A stretch of DNA of 64,000 bases from Auanema rhodensis (Eukaryota > Animalia > Nematoda), in contig OZ059898.1 in NCBI GenBank assembly GCA_964057225.1, positions 16,864,001-16,928,000 on the forward strand, written 5' to 3'. The position numbers and the translations under genes were made by a program. The notes under the pieces were generated by a model, which was not told the origin of the DNA, ran no database searches, and was given only the letters and a program-made list of their open reading frames with translations. The number at the start of each line of letters is the position of its first letter. Within the stretch, counting starts at the first letter, position 1. Positions 25,801 to 40,500 of the stretch are shown one piece after another.

Positions 25801-28800
25801 GTCCATCGTCTTTGCCTTGAAAAAAGGAATCTAAAAACATCTACTTTTTGCTAAATTATTTTGAAGTTTTTCGAAAAAATTTTTGTCAAAATGTTTTTGG
25901 AAGCAATGTTGAGTGTACATGGAAACTCAACATACACTAATGCATCATTTTTCAAACGATCATAACTAATTTTTGTATTAAGCGTTTCTCAATGTAGTAT
26001 AGTGCATTCGATGCGGATTTTCAAGCTGCGTCGATCTGTGTTATCAGATTTGCGCTAGCTTAAAAATGCACCGAGATATCAACTGATATAAGTTCACACT
26101 TATATCCTCGATTTTCACCCTGAAGAATTAATTTTTTTGTTGAATAACATTGCCCATCGTCTTTGCCTTGAAAAAAGGAATCTAAAAACATCTACTTTTT
26201 GCTAAATTATTTTGAAATTTTTCGAAAAAATTTTTGTCAAAATGTTTTTGGAAGCAATGTTGAGTGTACATGGAAACTCAACATACACTAATGCATCATT
26301 TTTCAAACGATCATAACTAAATTTTGTATTAAGCGTTTCTCAATGTAGTATAGTGCATTCGATGCGGATTTTTAAGCTGCGTCGATCTGTGTTATCAGAT
26401 TTGCGCTAGCTTAAAAATGCACCGAGATATCAACTGATATAAGTTCACACTTATATCCTCGATTTTCACCCTGAAGAAATAATTTTTTCGTTGAATAACA
26501 TTGTCCATCGTCTTTGCCTTGAGAAAAGGAATTTGAAAACATCTACTTTTTGCTGAATTATTTTGAAATTTTTCGAAAAAATTTTTGTCAAAATGTTTTT
26601 GGAAGCAATGTTGAGTGTACATGGAAACTCAACATACAATAATGCACCATTTTTCAAACGATCATAACTAATTTTTGTATTAAGCGTTTCTCAATGTAGT
26701 ATAGTGCATTCGATGCGGATTTTTAAGCTGCGTCGATCTGTGTTATCAGATTTGCGCTAGCTTAAAAATGCACCGAGATATCAACTGATATAAGTTCACA
26801 CTTATATCCTCGATTTTCACCCTGAAGAAATAATTTTTTCGTTGAATAACATTGTCCATCGTCTTTGCCTTGAAAAAAGGGATCTAAAAACATCTACTTT
26901 TTGCTAAATTATTTTGAAATTTTTCGAAAAAATTTTTGTCAAAATGTTTTTGGAAGCAATGTTGAGTGTACATGGAAACTCAACATACACTAATGCATCA
27001 TTTTTCAAACGATCATAACTAATTTTTGTATTAAGCGTTTCTCAATGTAGTATAGTGCATTCGATGCGGATTTTTAAGCTGCGTCGATCTGTGTTATCAG
27101 ATTTGCGCTAGCTTAAAAATGCACCGAGATATCAACTGATATAAGTTCACACTTATATCCTCGATTTTCACCCTGAAGAAATAATTTTTTCGTTGAATAA
27201 CATTGTCCATCGTCTTTGCCTTGAAAAAAGGAATCTAAAAACATCTACTTTTCGCTAAATTATTTTGAAGTTTTTCGAAAAAATTTTTGTCAAAATGTTT
27301 TTGGAAGCAATGTTGAGTGTACATGGAAACTCAACATACACTAATGCATCATTTTTCAAACGATCATAACTAATTTTTGTATTAAGCGTTTCTCAATGTA
27401 GTATAGTGCATTCGATGCGGATTTTTAAGCTGCGTCGATCTGTGTTATCAGATTTGCGCTAGCTTAAAAATGCACCGAGATATCAACTGATATAAGTTCA
27501 CACTTATATCCTCGATTTTCACCCTGAAGAAATAATTTTTTCGTTGAATAACATTGTCCATCGTCTTTGCCTTGAGAAAAGGAATTTGAAAACATCTACT
27601 TTTTGCTAAATTATTTTGAAATTTTTCGAAAAAATTTTTGTCAAAATGTTTTTGGAAGCAATGTTGAGTGTACATGGAAACTCAACATACACTAATGCAT
27701 CATTTTTCAAACGATCATAACTAATTTTTGTATTAAGCGTTTCTCAATGTAGTATAGTGCATTTGATGCGGATTTTTAAGCTGCGTCGATCTGTGTTATC
27801 AGATTTGCGCTAGCTTAAAAATGCACCGAGATATCAACTGATATAAGTTCACACTTATATCCTCGATTTTCACCCTGAAGAAATAATTTTTTCGTTGAAT
27901 AACATTGTCCATCGTCTTTGCATTGAAAAAAGGAAGCTAAAAACATCTACTTTTTGCTAAATTATTTTGAAGTTTTTCGAAAAAATTTTTGTCAAAATGT
28001 TTTTGGAAGCAATGTTGAGTGTACATGGAAACTCAACATACACTAATGCATCATTTTTCAAACGATCATAACTAATTTTTGTATTAAGCGTTTCTCAATG
28101 TAGAATAGTGCATTTGATGCGGATTTTTAAGCTGCGTCGATCTGTGTTATCAGATTTGCGCTAGCTTAAAAATGCACCGAGATATCAACTGATATAAGTT
28201 CACACTTATATCCTCGATTTTCACCCTGAAGAAATAATTTTTTCGTTGAATAACATTGTCCATCGTCTTTGCTTTGAAAAAAGGAATCTAAAAACATCTA
28301 CTTTTTGCTAAATTATTTTGAAGTTTTTCGAAAAAATTTTTGTCAAAATGTTTTTGGAAGCAATGTTGAGTGTACATGGAAACTCAACATACACTAATGC
28401 ATCATTTTTCAAACGATCATAACTAATTTTTGTATTAAGCGTTTCTCAATGTAGAATAGTGCATTTGATGCGGATTTTTAAGCTGCGTCGATCTGTGTTA
28501 TCAGATTTGCGCTAGCTTAAAAATGCACCGAGATATCAACTGATATAAGTTCACACTTATATCCTCGATTTTCACCCTGAAGAAATAATTTTTTCGTTGA
28601 ATAACATTGTCCATCGTCTTTGCCTTGAAAAAAGGAAGCTAAAAACATCTACTTTTTGCTAAATTATTTTGAAGTTTTTCGAAAAAATTTTTGTCAAAAT
28701 GTTTTTGGAAGCAATGTTGAGTGTACATGGAAACTCAACATACACTAATGCATCATTTTTCAAACGATCATAACTAATTTTTGTATTAAGCGTTTCTCAA

Positions 28801-31800
28801 TGTAGTATAGTGCATTTGATGCGGATTTTCAAGCTGCGTCGATCTGTGTTATCAGATTGGCGCTAGCTTAAAAATGCACCGAGATATCAACTGATATAAG
28901 TTCACACTTATATCCTCGATTTTCACCCTGAAGAAATAATTTTTTCGTTGAATAACATTGTCCATCGTCTTTGCCTTGAAAAAAGGAATCTAAAAACATC
29001 TACTTTTCGCTAAATTATTTTGAAGTTTTTCGAAAAAATTTTTGTCAAAATGTTTTTGGAAGCAATGTTGAGTGTACATGGAAACTCAACATACACTAAT
29101 GCATCATTTTTCAAACGATCATAACTAATTTTTGTATTAAGCGTTTCTCAATGTAGTATAGTGCATTCGATGCGGATTTTCAAGCTGCGTCGATCTGTGT
29201 TATGAGATTTGCGCTATCTTAAAAATGCACCGAGATATCAACTGATATAAGTTCACACTTATATCCTCGATTTTCATCCTGAAGAAATAATTTTTTTGTT
29301 GAATAACATTGTCCATCGTCTTTGCCTCGAAAAAAAGAATCTAAAAACATCTACTTTTTGCTAAATTATTTTGAAGTTTTTCGAAAAAATTTTTGTCAAA
29401 ATGTTTTTGGAAGCAATGTTGAGTGTACATGGAAACTCAACATACACTAATGCATCATTTTTCAAACGATCATAACTAATTTTTGTATTAAGCGTTTCTC
29501 AATGTAGTATAGTGCATTCGATGCGGATTTTTAAGCTGCGTCGATCTGTGTTATGAGATTTGCGCTAGCTTAAAAATGCACCGAGATATCAACTGATATA
29601 AGTTCACACTTATATCCTCGATTTTCACCCTGAAGAATTAATTTTTTCGTTGAATAACATTGTCCATCGTCTTTGCTTTGAAAAAAGGAATCTAAAAACA
29701 TCTACTTTTTGCTAAATTATTTTGAAATTTTTCGAAAAAATTTTTGTCAAAATGTTTTTGGAAGCAATGTTGAGTGTACATGGAAACTCAACATACACTA
29801 ATGCATCATTTTTCAAACGATCATAACTAATTTTTGTATTAAGCGTTTCTCAATGTAGTATAGTGCATTCGATGCGGATTTTTAAGCTGCGTCGATCTGT
29901 GTTATGAGATTTGCGCTAGCTTAAAAATGCACCGAGATATCAACTGATATAAGTTCACACTTATATCCTCGATTTTCACCCTGAAGAAATAATTTTTCTC
30001 GTTGAATAACATTGTCCATCGTCTTTGCCTTGAAAAAAGGAATCTAAAAACATCTACTTTTTGCTAAATTATTCTGAAATTTTTCGAAAAAATTTTTGTC
30101 AAAATGTTTTTGGAAGCAATGTTGAGTGTACATGGAAACTCAACATACACTAATGCATCATTTTTCAAACGATCATAACTAATTTTTGTATTAAGCGTTT
30201 CTCAATGTAGTATAGTGCATTCGATGCGGATTTTTAAGCTGCGTCAATCTGTGTTATGAGATTTGCGCTAGCTTGAAAATGCACCGAGATATCAACTGAT
30301 ATAAGTTCACACTTATATCCTCGATTTTCACCCTGAAGAAATAATTTTTTCGTTGAATAACATTGTCCATCGTCTTTGCCTTGAAAAAAGGAATCTAAAA
30401 ACATCTACTTTTTGCTAAATTATTTTGAAGTTTTTCGAAAAAATTTTTGTCAAAATGTTTTTGGAAGCAATGTTGAGTGTACAAGGAAACTCAACATACA
30501 CTAATGCATCATTTTTCAAACGATCATAACTAATTTTTGTATTAAGCGTTTCTCAATTTAGTATAGTGCATTCGATGCGGATTTTTAAGCTGCGTCGATC
30601 TGTGTTATGAGATTTGCGCTAGCTTAAAAATGCACCGAGATATCAACTGATATAAGTTCACACTTATATCCTCGATTTTCACCCTGAAGAAATAATTTTT
30701 TCGTTGAATAACATTGTCCATCGTCTTTGCCTTGAAAAAAGGAATCTAAAAACATCTACTTTTTGCTAAATTATTTTGAAGTTTTTCGAAAAAATTTTTG
30801 TCAAAATGTTTTTGGAAGCAATGTTGAGTGTACATGGAAACTCAACATACACTAATGCATCATTTTTCAAACGATCATAACTAATTTTTGTATTAAGCGT
30901 TTCTCAATGTAGTATAGTGCATTCGATGCGGATTTTTAAGCTGCGTCGATCTGTGTTATGAGATTTGCGCTAGCTTAAAAATGCACCGAGATATCAACTG
31001 ATATAAGTTCACACTTATATCCTCGATTTTCACCCTGAAGAATTAATTTTTTCGTTGAATAACATTGTCCATCGTCTTTGCTTTGAAAAAAGGAATCTAA
31101 AAACATCTACTTTTTGCTAAATTATTTTGAAATTTTTCGAAAAAATTTTTGTCAAAATGTTTTTGGAAGCAATGTTGAGTGTACATGGAAACTCAACATA
31201 CACTAATGCATCATTTTTCAAACGATCATAACTAATTTTTGTATTAAGCGTTTCTCAATGTAGTATAGTGCATTCGATGCGGATTTTTAAGCTGCGTCGA
31301 TCTGTGTTATGAGATTTGCGCTAGCTTAAAAATGCACCGAGATATCAACTGATATAAGTTCACACTTATATCCTCGATTTTCACCCTGAAGAAATAATTT
31401 TTCTCGTTGAATAACATTGTCCATCGTCTTTGCCTTGAAAAAAGGAATCTAAAAACATCTACTTTTTGCTAAATTATTCTGAAATTTTTCGAAAAAATTT
31501 TTGTCAAAATGTTTTTGGAAGCAATGTTGAGTGTACATGGAAACTCAACATACACTAATGCATCATTTTTCAAACGATCATAACTAATTTTTGTATTAAG
31601 CGTTTCTCAATGTAGTATAGTGCATTCGATGCGGATTTTTAAGCTGCGTCAATCTGTGTTATGAGATTTGCGCTAGCTTGAAAATGCACCGAGATATCAA
31701 CTGATATAAGTTCACACTTATATCCTCGATTTTCACCCTGAAGAAATAATTTTTTCGTTGAATAACATTGTCCATCGTCTTTGCCTTGAAAAAAGGAATC

Positions 31801-34800
31801 TAAAAACATCTACTTTTTGCTAAATTATTTTGAAGTTTTTCGAAAAAATTTTTGTCAAAATGTTTTTGGAAGCAATGTTGAGTGTACATGGAAACTCAAC
31901 ATACACTAATGCATCATTTTTCAAACGATCATAACTAATTTTTGTATTAAGCGTTTCTCAATGTAGTATAGTGCATTCGATGCGGATTTTCAAGCTGCGT
32001 CGATCTGTGTTATCAGATTTGCGCTAGCTTAAAAATGCACCGAGATATCAACTGATATAAGTTCACACTTATATCCTCGATTTTCACCCTGAAGAATTAA
32101 TTTTTTTGTTGAATAACATTGCCCATCGTCTTTGCCTTGAAAAAAGGAATCTAAAAACATCTACTTTTTGCTAAATTATTTTGAAATTTTTCGAAAAAAT
32201 TTTTGTCAAAATGTTTTTGGAAGCAATGTTGAGTGTACATGGAAACTCAACATACACTAATGCATCATTTTTCAAACGATCATAACTAATTTTTGTATTA
32301 AGCGTTTCTCAATGTAGTATAGTGCATTCGATGCGGATTTTTAAGCTGCGTCAATCTGTGTTATGAGATTTGCGCTAGCTTGAAAATGCACCGAGATATC
32401 AACTGATATAAGTTCACACTTATATCCTCGATTTTCACCCTGAAGAAATAATTTTTTCGTTGAATAACATTGTCCATCGTCTTTGCCTTGAAAAAAGGAA
32501 TCTAAAAACATCTACTTTTTGCTAAATTATTTTGAAGTTTTTCGAAAAAATTTTTGTCAAAATGTTTTTGGAAGCAATGTTGAGTGTACAAGGAAACTCA
32601 ACATACACTAATGCATCATTTTTCAAACGATCATAACTAATTTTTGTATTAAGCGTTTCTCAATTTAGTATAGTGCATTCGATGCGGATTTTTAAGCTGC
32701 GTCGATCTGTGTTATGAGATTTGCGCTAGCTTAAAAATGCACCGAGATATCAACTGATATAAGTTCACACTTATATCCTCGATTTTCACCCTGAAGAAAT
32801 AATTTTTTCGTTGAATAACATTGTCCATCGTCTTTGCCTTGAAAAAAGGAATCTAAAAACATCTACTTTTTGCTAAATTATTTTGAAGTTTTTCGAAAAA
32901 ATTTTTGTCAAAATGTTTTTGGAAGCAATGTTGAGTGTACATGGAAACTCAACATACACTAATGCATCATTTTTCAAACGATCATAACTAATTTTTGTAT
33001 TAAGCGTTTCTCAATGTAGTATAGTGCATTCGATGCGGATTTTTAAGCTGCGTCGATCTGTGTTATGAGATTTGCGCTAGCTTAAAAATGCACCGAGATA
33101 TCAACTGATATAAGTTCACACTTATATCCTCGATTTTCACCCTGAAGAATTAATTTTTTCGTTGAATAACATTGTCCATCGTCTTTGCTTTGAAAAAAGG
33201 AATCTAAAAACATCTACTTTTTGCTAAATTATTTTGAAATTTTTCGAAAAAATTTTTGTCAAAATGTTTTTGGAAGCAATGTTGAGTGTACATGGAAACT
33301 CAACATACACTAATGCATCATTTTTCAAACGATCATAACTAATTTTTGTATTAAGCGTTTCTCAATGTAGTATAGTGCATTCGATGCGGATTTTTAAGCT
33401 GCGTCGATCTGTGTTATGAGATTTGCGCTAGCTTAAAAATGCACCGAGATATCAACTGATATAAGTTCACACTTATATCCTCGATTTTCACCCTGAAGAA
33501 ATAATTTTTCTCGTTGAATAACATTGTCCATCGTCTTTGCCTTGAAAAAAGGAATCTAAAAACATCTACTTTTTGCTAAATTATTCTGAAATTTTTCGAA
33601 AAAATTTTTGTCAAAATGTTTTTGGAAGCAATGTTGAGTGTACATGGAAACTCAACATACACTAATGCATCATTTTTCAAACGATCATAACTAATTTTTG
33701 TATTAAGCGTTTCTCAATGTAGTATAGTGCATTCGATGCGGATTTTTAAGCTGCGTCAATCTGTGTTATGAGATTTGCGCTAGCTTGAAAATGCACCGAG
33801 ATATCAACTGATATAAGTTCACACTTATATCCTCGATTTTCACCCTGAAGAAATAATTTTTTCGTTGAATAACATTGTCCATCGTCTTTGCCTTGAAAAA
33901 AGGAATCTAAAAACATCTACTTTTTGCTAAATTATTTTGAAGTTTTTCGAAAAAATTTTTGTCAAAATGTTTTTGGAAGCAATGTTGAGTGTACATGGAA
34001 ACTCAACATACACTAATGCATCATTTTTCAAACGATCATAACTAATTTTTGTATTAAGCGTTTCTCAATGTAGTATAGTGCATTCGATGCGGATTTTCAA
34101 GCTGCGTCGATCTGTGTTATCAGATTTGCGCTAGCTTAAAAATGCACCGAGATATCAACTGATATAAGTTCACACTTATATCCTCGATTTTCACCCTGAA
34201 GAATTAATTTTTTTGTTGAATAACATTGCCCATCGTCTTTGCCTTGAAAAAAGGAATCTAAAAACATCTACTTTTTGCTAAATTATTTTGAAATTTTTCG
34301 AAAAAATTTTTGTCAAAATGTTTTTGGAAGCAATGTTGAGTGTACATGGAAACTCAACATACACTAATGCATCATTTTTCAAACGATCATAACTAAATTT
34401 TGTATTAAGCGTTTCTCAATGTAGTATAGTGCATTCGATGCGGATTTTTAAGCTGCGTCGATCTGTGTTATCAGATTTGCGCTAGCTTAAAAATGCACCG
34501 AGATATCAACTGATATAAGTTCACACTTATATCCTCGATTTTCACCCTGAAGAAATAATTTTTTCGTTGAATAACATTGTCCATCGTCTTTGCCTTGAGA
34601 AAAGGAATTTGAAAACATCTACTTTTTGCTGAATTATTTTGAAATTTTTCGAAAAAATTTTTGTCAAAATGTTTTTGGAAGCAATGTTGAGTGTACATGG
34701 AAACTCAACATACAATAATGCACCATTTTTCAAACAATCATAACTAATTTTTGTATTAAGCATTTTTCAATGTAGTATAGTGCATTTGATGCGGATTTTT

Positions 34801-35110
34801 AAGCTGCGTCGATCTGTGTTATCAAATTTGCGCTAGCTTAAAAATGCACCGAGATATCAACTGATATAAGTTCACACTTATATCCTCGATTTTCACCCTG
34901 AAGAAATAATTTTTTTCGTTGAATAACATTGTCCATCGTCTTGGCCTTGAAAAAAGGAATCTAAAAACATCTACTTTTTGCTAAATTATTCTGAAATTTT
35001 TCGAAAAAATTTTTGTCAAAATGTTTTTGGATGCAATTTTGAGTGTACATGGAAACTCAACATACACTAATGCATCATTTTTCAAACGATCATAACTAAT
35101 TTTTGTATTA
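16854..35110 (+). repeat. Higher-order block A, copy 2 (M49-M100), with internal gains and losses of monomers
   Basis: Matching marker ORFs: 1116->17969 (offset 16853, 48 units), 8841->26395 and 9894->27448 (17554, 50 units), 14459->34471 (20012, 57 units). Confidence 0.88.
30194..34407 (+). repeat. Recent tandem duplication of a 6-monomer unit (2107 bp)
   Basis: Private SNPs ACAAGG (30484, 32591) and CAATTTAG (30558, 32665) each occur twice, 2107 bp apart. Confidence 0.9.
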
Positions 35111-37564
35111 AGCGTTTCTCAATGTAGTATAGTGCATTTGATGCGGATTTTTAAGCTGCGTCGATCTGTGTTATCAAATTTGCGCTAGCTTAAAAATGCA
35201 CCGAGATATCAACTGATATAAGTTCACACTTATATCCTCGATTTTCACCCTGAAGAAATAATTTTTTGTTGAATAACATTGTCCATCGTCTTTGCCTTGA
35301 AAAAAGGAATCTAAAAACATCTACTTTTTGCTAAATTATTCTGAAATTTTCCGAAAAAATTTTTGTCAAAATGTTTTTGGAAGCAATTTTGAGTGTACAT
35401 GGAAACTCAACATACACTAATGCATCATTTTTAAACGATCATAACTAATTTTTGTATTAAGCGTTTCTCAATGTAGTATAGTGCATTTGATGCGGATTTT
35501 TAAGCTGCGTCGATCTGTGTTATCAAATTTGCGCTAGCTTAAAAATGCACCGAGATATCAACTGATATAAGTTCACACTTATATCCTCGATTTTCACCCT
35601 GAAGAAATAATTTTTTCGTTGAATAACATTGTCCATCGTCTTTGCCTTGAAAAAAGAAATCTAAAAACATCTACTTTTTGCTAAATTATTTTGAAATTTT
35701 TCGAAAAAATTTTTGTCAAAATGTTTTTGGAAGCAATGTTGAGTGTACATGGAAACTCAACATACACTAATGCATCATTTTTCAAACGATCATAACTAAT
35801 TTTTGTATTAAGCGTTTCTCAATGTAGTATAGTGCATTTGATGCGGATTTTTAAGCTGCGTCGATCTGTGTTATCAAATTTGCGCTAGCTTAAAAATGCA
35901 CCGAGATATCAACTGATATAAGTTCACACTTATATCCTCGATTTTCACCCTGAAGAAATAATTTTTTGTTGAATAACATTGTCCATCGTCTTTGCCTTGA
36001 AAAAAGGAATCTAATAACATCTACTTTTTGCTAAATTATTCTGAAATTTTTCGAAAAAATTTTTGTCAAAATGTTTTTGGAAGCAATGTTGAGTGTACAT
36101 GGAAACTCAACATACACTAATGCATCATTTTTCAAACGATCATAACTAATTTTTGTATTAAGCGTTTCTCAATGTAGTATAGTGCATTCGATGCGGATTT
36201 TTAAACTGCGTCGATCTGTGTTATCAGATTTGCGCTAGCTTAAAAATGCACCGAGATATCAACTGATATAAGTTCACACTTATATCCTCGATTTTCACCC
36301 TGAAGAAATAATTTTTTCGTTGAGTAACATTGTCCATCGTCTTTGCCTTGAAAAAAGGAATCTAAAAACATCTACTTTTTGCTAAATTATTTTGAAGTTT
36401 TTCGAAAAAATTTTTGTCAAAATGTTTTTGGAAGCAATGTTGAGTGTACATGTAAACTCAACATACACTAATGCACCATTTTTCAAACAATCATAACTAA
36501 TTTTTGTATTAAGCGTTTTTCAATGTAGTATAGTGCATTTGATGCGGATTTTTAAGCTGCGTCGATCTGTGTTATCAGATTTGCGCTAGCTTAAAAATGC
36601 ACCGAGATATCAACTGATATAAGTTCACACTTATATCCTCGATTTTCACCCTGAAGAATTAATTTTTTTGTTGAATAACATTGTCCATCGTCTTTGCCTT
36701 GAGAAAAGGAATTTGAAAACATCTACTTTTTGCTAAATTATTTTGAAATTTTTCGAAAAAATTTTTGTCAAAATGTTTTTGGAAGCAATGTTGAGTGTAC
36801 ATGGAAACTCAACATACACTAATGCATCATTTTTCAAACGATCATAACTAATTTTTATATTAAGCGTTTCTCAATGTAGTATAGTGCACTTGATGCGGAT
36901 TTTTAAGCTGCGTCGATCTGTGTTATCAGATTTGCGCTAGCTTAAAAATGCACCGAGATATCAACTGATATAAGTTCACACTTATATCCTCGATTTTCAC
37001 CCTGAAGAAATAATTTTTTCGTTGAGTAACATTGTCCATCGTCTTTGCCTTGAAAAAAGGAATCTAAAAACATCTACTTTTTGCTAAATTATTTTGAAGT
37101 TTTTCGAAAAAATTTTTGTCAAAATGTTTTTGGAAGCAATGTTGAGTGTACATGTAAACTCAACATACACTAATGCACCATTTTTCAAACAATCATAACT
37201 AATTTTTGTATTAAGCGTTTTTCAATGTAGTATAGTGCATTTGATGCGGATTTTTAAGCTGCGTCGATCTGTGTTATCAGATTTGCGCTAGCTTAAAAAT
37301 GCACCGAGATATCAACTGATATAAGTTCACACTTATATCCTCGATTTTCACCCTGAAGAATTAATTTTTTTGTTGAATAACATTGTCCATCGTCTTTGCC
37401 TTGAGAAAAGGAATTTGAAAACATCTACTTTTTGCTAAATTATTTTGAAATTTTTCGAAAAAATTTTTGTCAAAATGTTTTTGGAAGCAATGTTGAGTGT
37501 ACATGGAAACTCAACATACACTAATGCATCATTTTTCAAACGATCATAACTAATTTTTGTATTA

Positions 37565-40500
37565 AGCGTTTCTCAATGTAGTATAGTGCATTTGATGCGG
37601 ATTTTTAAGCTGCGTCGATCTGTGTTATCAGATTTGCGCTAGCTTAAAAATGCACCGAGATATACTGATATAAGTTCACACTTATATCCTCGATTTTCAC
37701 CCTGAAGAATTATTTTTTTCGTTGAATAACATTGTCCATCGTCTTTGCCTTGAAAAAAGGAATCTAAAAACATCTACTTTTTGCTAAATTATTCTGAAAT
37801 TTTTTGAAAAAATTTTTGTGAAAATGTTTTTGGAAGCAATTTTGAGTGTACATGGAAACTCAACATACACTAATGCATCATTTTTCAAACGATCATAACT
37901 AATTTTTGTATTAAGCGTTTCTCAATGTAGTATAGTGCATTTGATGCGGATTTTTAAGCTGCGTCGATCTGTGTTATCAGATTTGCGCTAGCTTAAAAAT
38001 GCACCGAGATATCAACTGATATAAGTTCACACTTATATCCTCGATTTTCACCCTGAAAAAATAATTTTTTCGTTGAATAACATTGTCCATCGTCTTTGCC
38101 TTGAAAAAAGGAATTTCAAAACATCTACTTTTTGCTAAATTATTCTGAAATTTTTCGAAAAAATTTTTGTCAAAATGTTTTTGGAAGCAATGTTGAGTGT
38201 ACATGGAAACTCAACATACACTAATGCATCATTTTTCAAACGATCATAACTAATTTTTGTATTAAGCGTTTCTCAATGTAGTATAGTGCATTTGATGCGG
38301 ATTTTTAAGCTGCGTCGATCTGTGTTATCAGATTTGCGCTAGCTTAAAAATGCACCGAGACATCAACTGATATAAGTTCACACTTATATCCTCGATTTTC
38401 ACCCTGAAGAAATAATTTTTTCGTTGAATAACATTGTCCATCGTCTTTGCCTTGAAAAAAGAAATCTAAAAACATCTACTTTTTGCTAAATTATTCTGAA
38501 ATTTTTCGAAAAAATTTTTGTCAAAATGTTTTTGGAAGCAATGTTGAGTGTACATGGAAACTCAACATACACTAATGCATCATTAGTCAAACGATCATAA
38601 CTAATTTTTGTATTAAGCGTTTCTCAATGTAGTATAGTGCATTCGATGCGGATTTTTAAGCTGCGTCGATCTGTGTTATCAGATTTGCGCTAGCTTAAAA
38701 ATGCACCGAGACATCAACTGATATAAGTTCACACTTATATCCTCGATTTTCACCCTGAAAAAATAATTTTTTCGTTGAATAACATTGTCCATCGTCTTTG
38801 CCTTGAAAAAAGGAATCCAAAAACATCTACTTTTTGCTAAATTATTTTGAAATTTTTCGAAAAAATTTTTGTCAAAATGTTTTTGGAAGCAATGTTGAGT
38901 GTACATGGAAACTCAACATACACTAATGCATCATTTTTCAAACGATCATAACTAATTTTTGTATTAAGCGTTTCTCAATGTAGTATAGTGCATTCGATGC
39001 GGATTTTTAAGCTGCGTCGATCTGTGTTATCAGATTTGCGCTAGCTTAAAAATGCACCGAGACATCAACTGATATAAGTTCACACTTATATCCTCGATTT
39101 TCACCCTGAAGAAATAATTTTTTCGTTGAATAACATTGTCCATCGTCTTTGCCTTGAAAAAAGAAATCTAAAAACATCTACTTTTTGCTAAATTATTTTG
39201 AAATTTTTCGAAAAAATTTTTGTCAAAATGTTTTTGGAAGCAATGTTGAGTGTACATGGAAACTCAACATACACTAATGCATCATTTTTCAAACGATCAT
39301 AACTAATTTTTGTATTAAGCGTTTCTCAATGTAGTATAGTGCATTCGATGCGGATTTTTAAGCTGCGTCGATCTGTGTTATCAGATTTGCGCTAGCTTAA
39401 AAATGCACCGAGATATCAACTGATATAAGTTCACACTTATATCCTCGATTTTCACCCTGAAGAATTATTTTTTTCGTTGAATAACATTGTCCATCGTCTT
39501 TGCCTTGAAAAAAGGAATCTAAAAACATCTACTTTTTGCTAAATTATTCTGAAATTTTTCGAAAAAATTTTTGTCAAAATGTTTTTGGAAGCAATGTTGA
39601 GTGTACATGGAAACTCAACATACACTAATGCATCATTTTTCAAACGATCATAACTAATTTTTGTATTAAGCGTTTCTCAATGTAGTATAGTGCATTCGAT
39701 GCGGATTTTTAAACTGCGTCGATCTGTGTTATCAGATTTGCGCTAGCTTAAAAATGCACCGAGATATCAACTGATATAAGTTCACACTTATATCTTCGAT
39801 TTTCACCCTGAAGAATTAATTTTTTCGGTGAATAACATTGTCCATCGTCTTTGCCTTGAAAAAAGGAATTTCAAAACATCTACTTTTTGCTAAATTATTC
39901 TGAAATTTTTCGAAAAAATTTTTGTCAAAATGTTTTTGGAAGCAATGTTGAGTGTACATGGAAACTCAACATACACTAATGCATCATTTTTCAAACGATC
40001 ATAACTAATTTTTGTATTAAGCGTTTCTCAATGTAGTATAGTGCATTCGATGCGGATTTTTAAACTGCGTCGATCTGTGTTATCAGATTTGCGCTAGCTT
40101 AAAAATGCACCGAGATATCAACTGATATAAGTTCACACTTATATCCTCGATTTTCACCCTGAAGAATTAATTTTTTTGTTGAATAACATTGTCCATCGTC
40201 TTTGCCTTGAGAAAAGGAATTTGAAAACATCTACTTTTTGCTAAATTATTTTGAAATTTTTCGAAAAAATTTTTGTCAAAATGTTTTTGGAAGCAATGTT
40301 GAGTGTACATGGAAACTCAACATACACTAATGCATCATTTTTCAAACGATCATAACTAATTTTTGTATTAAGCGTTTCTCAATGTAGTATAGTGCATTTG
40401 ATGCGGATTTTTAAGCTGCGTCGATCTGTGTTATCAGATTTGCGCTAGCTTAAAAATGCACCGAGATATCAACTGATATAAGTTCACACTTATATCCTCG

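Noticed and set aside
1-35110. Large duplication as a simple assembly copy artefact
   Set aside because: The two copies differ by private SNPs and by several whole-monomer gains and losses, which a plain duplicate would not show. A haplotype mis-join still needs read-level exclusion.
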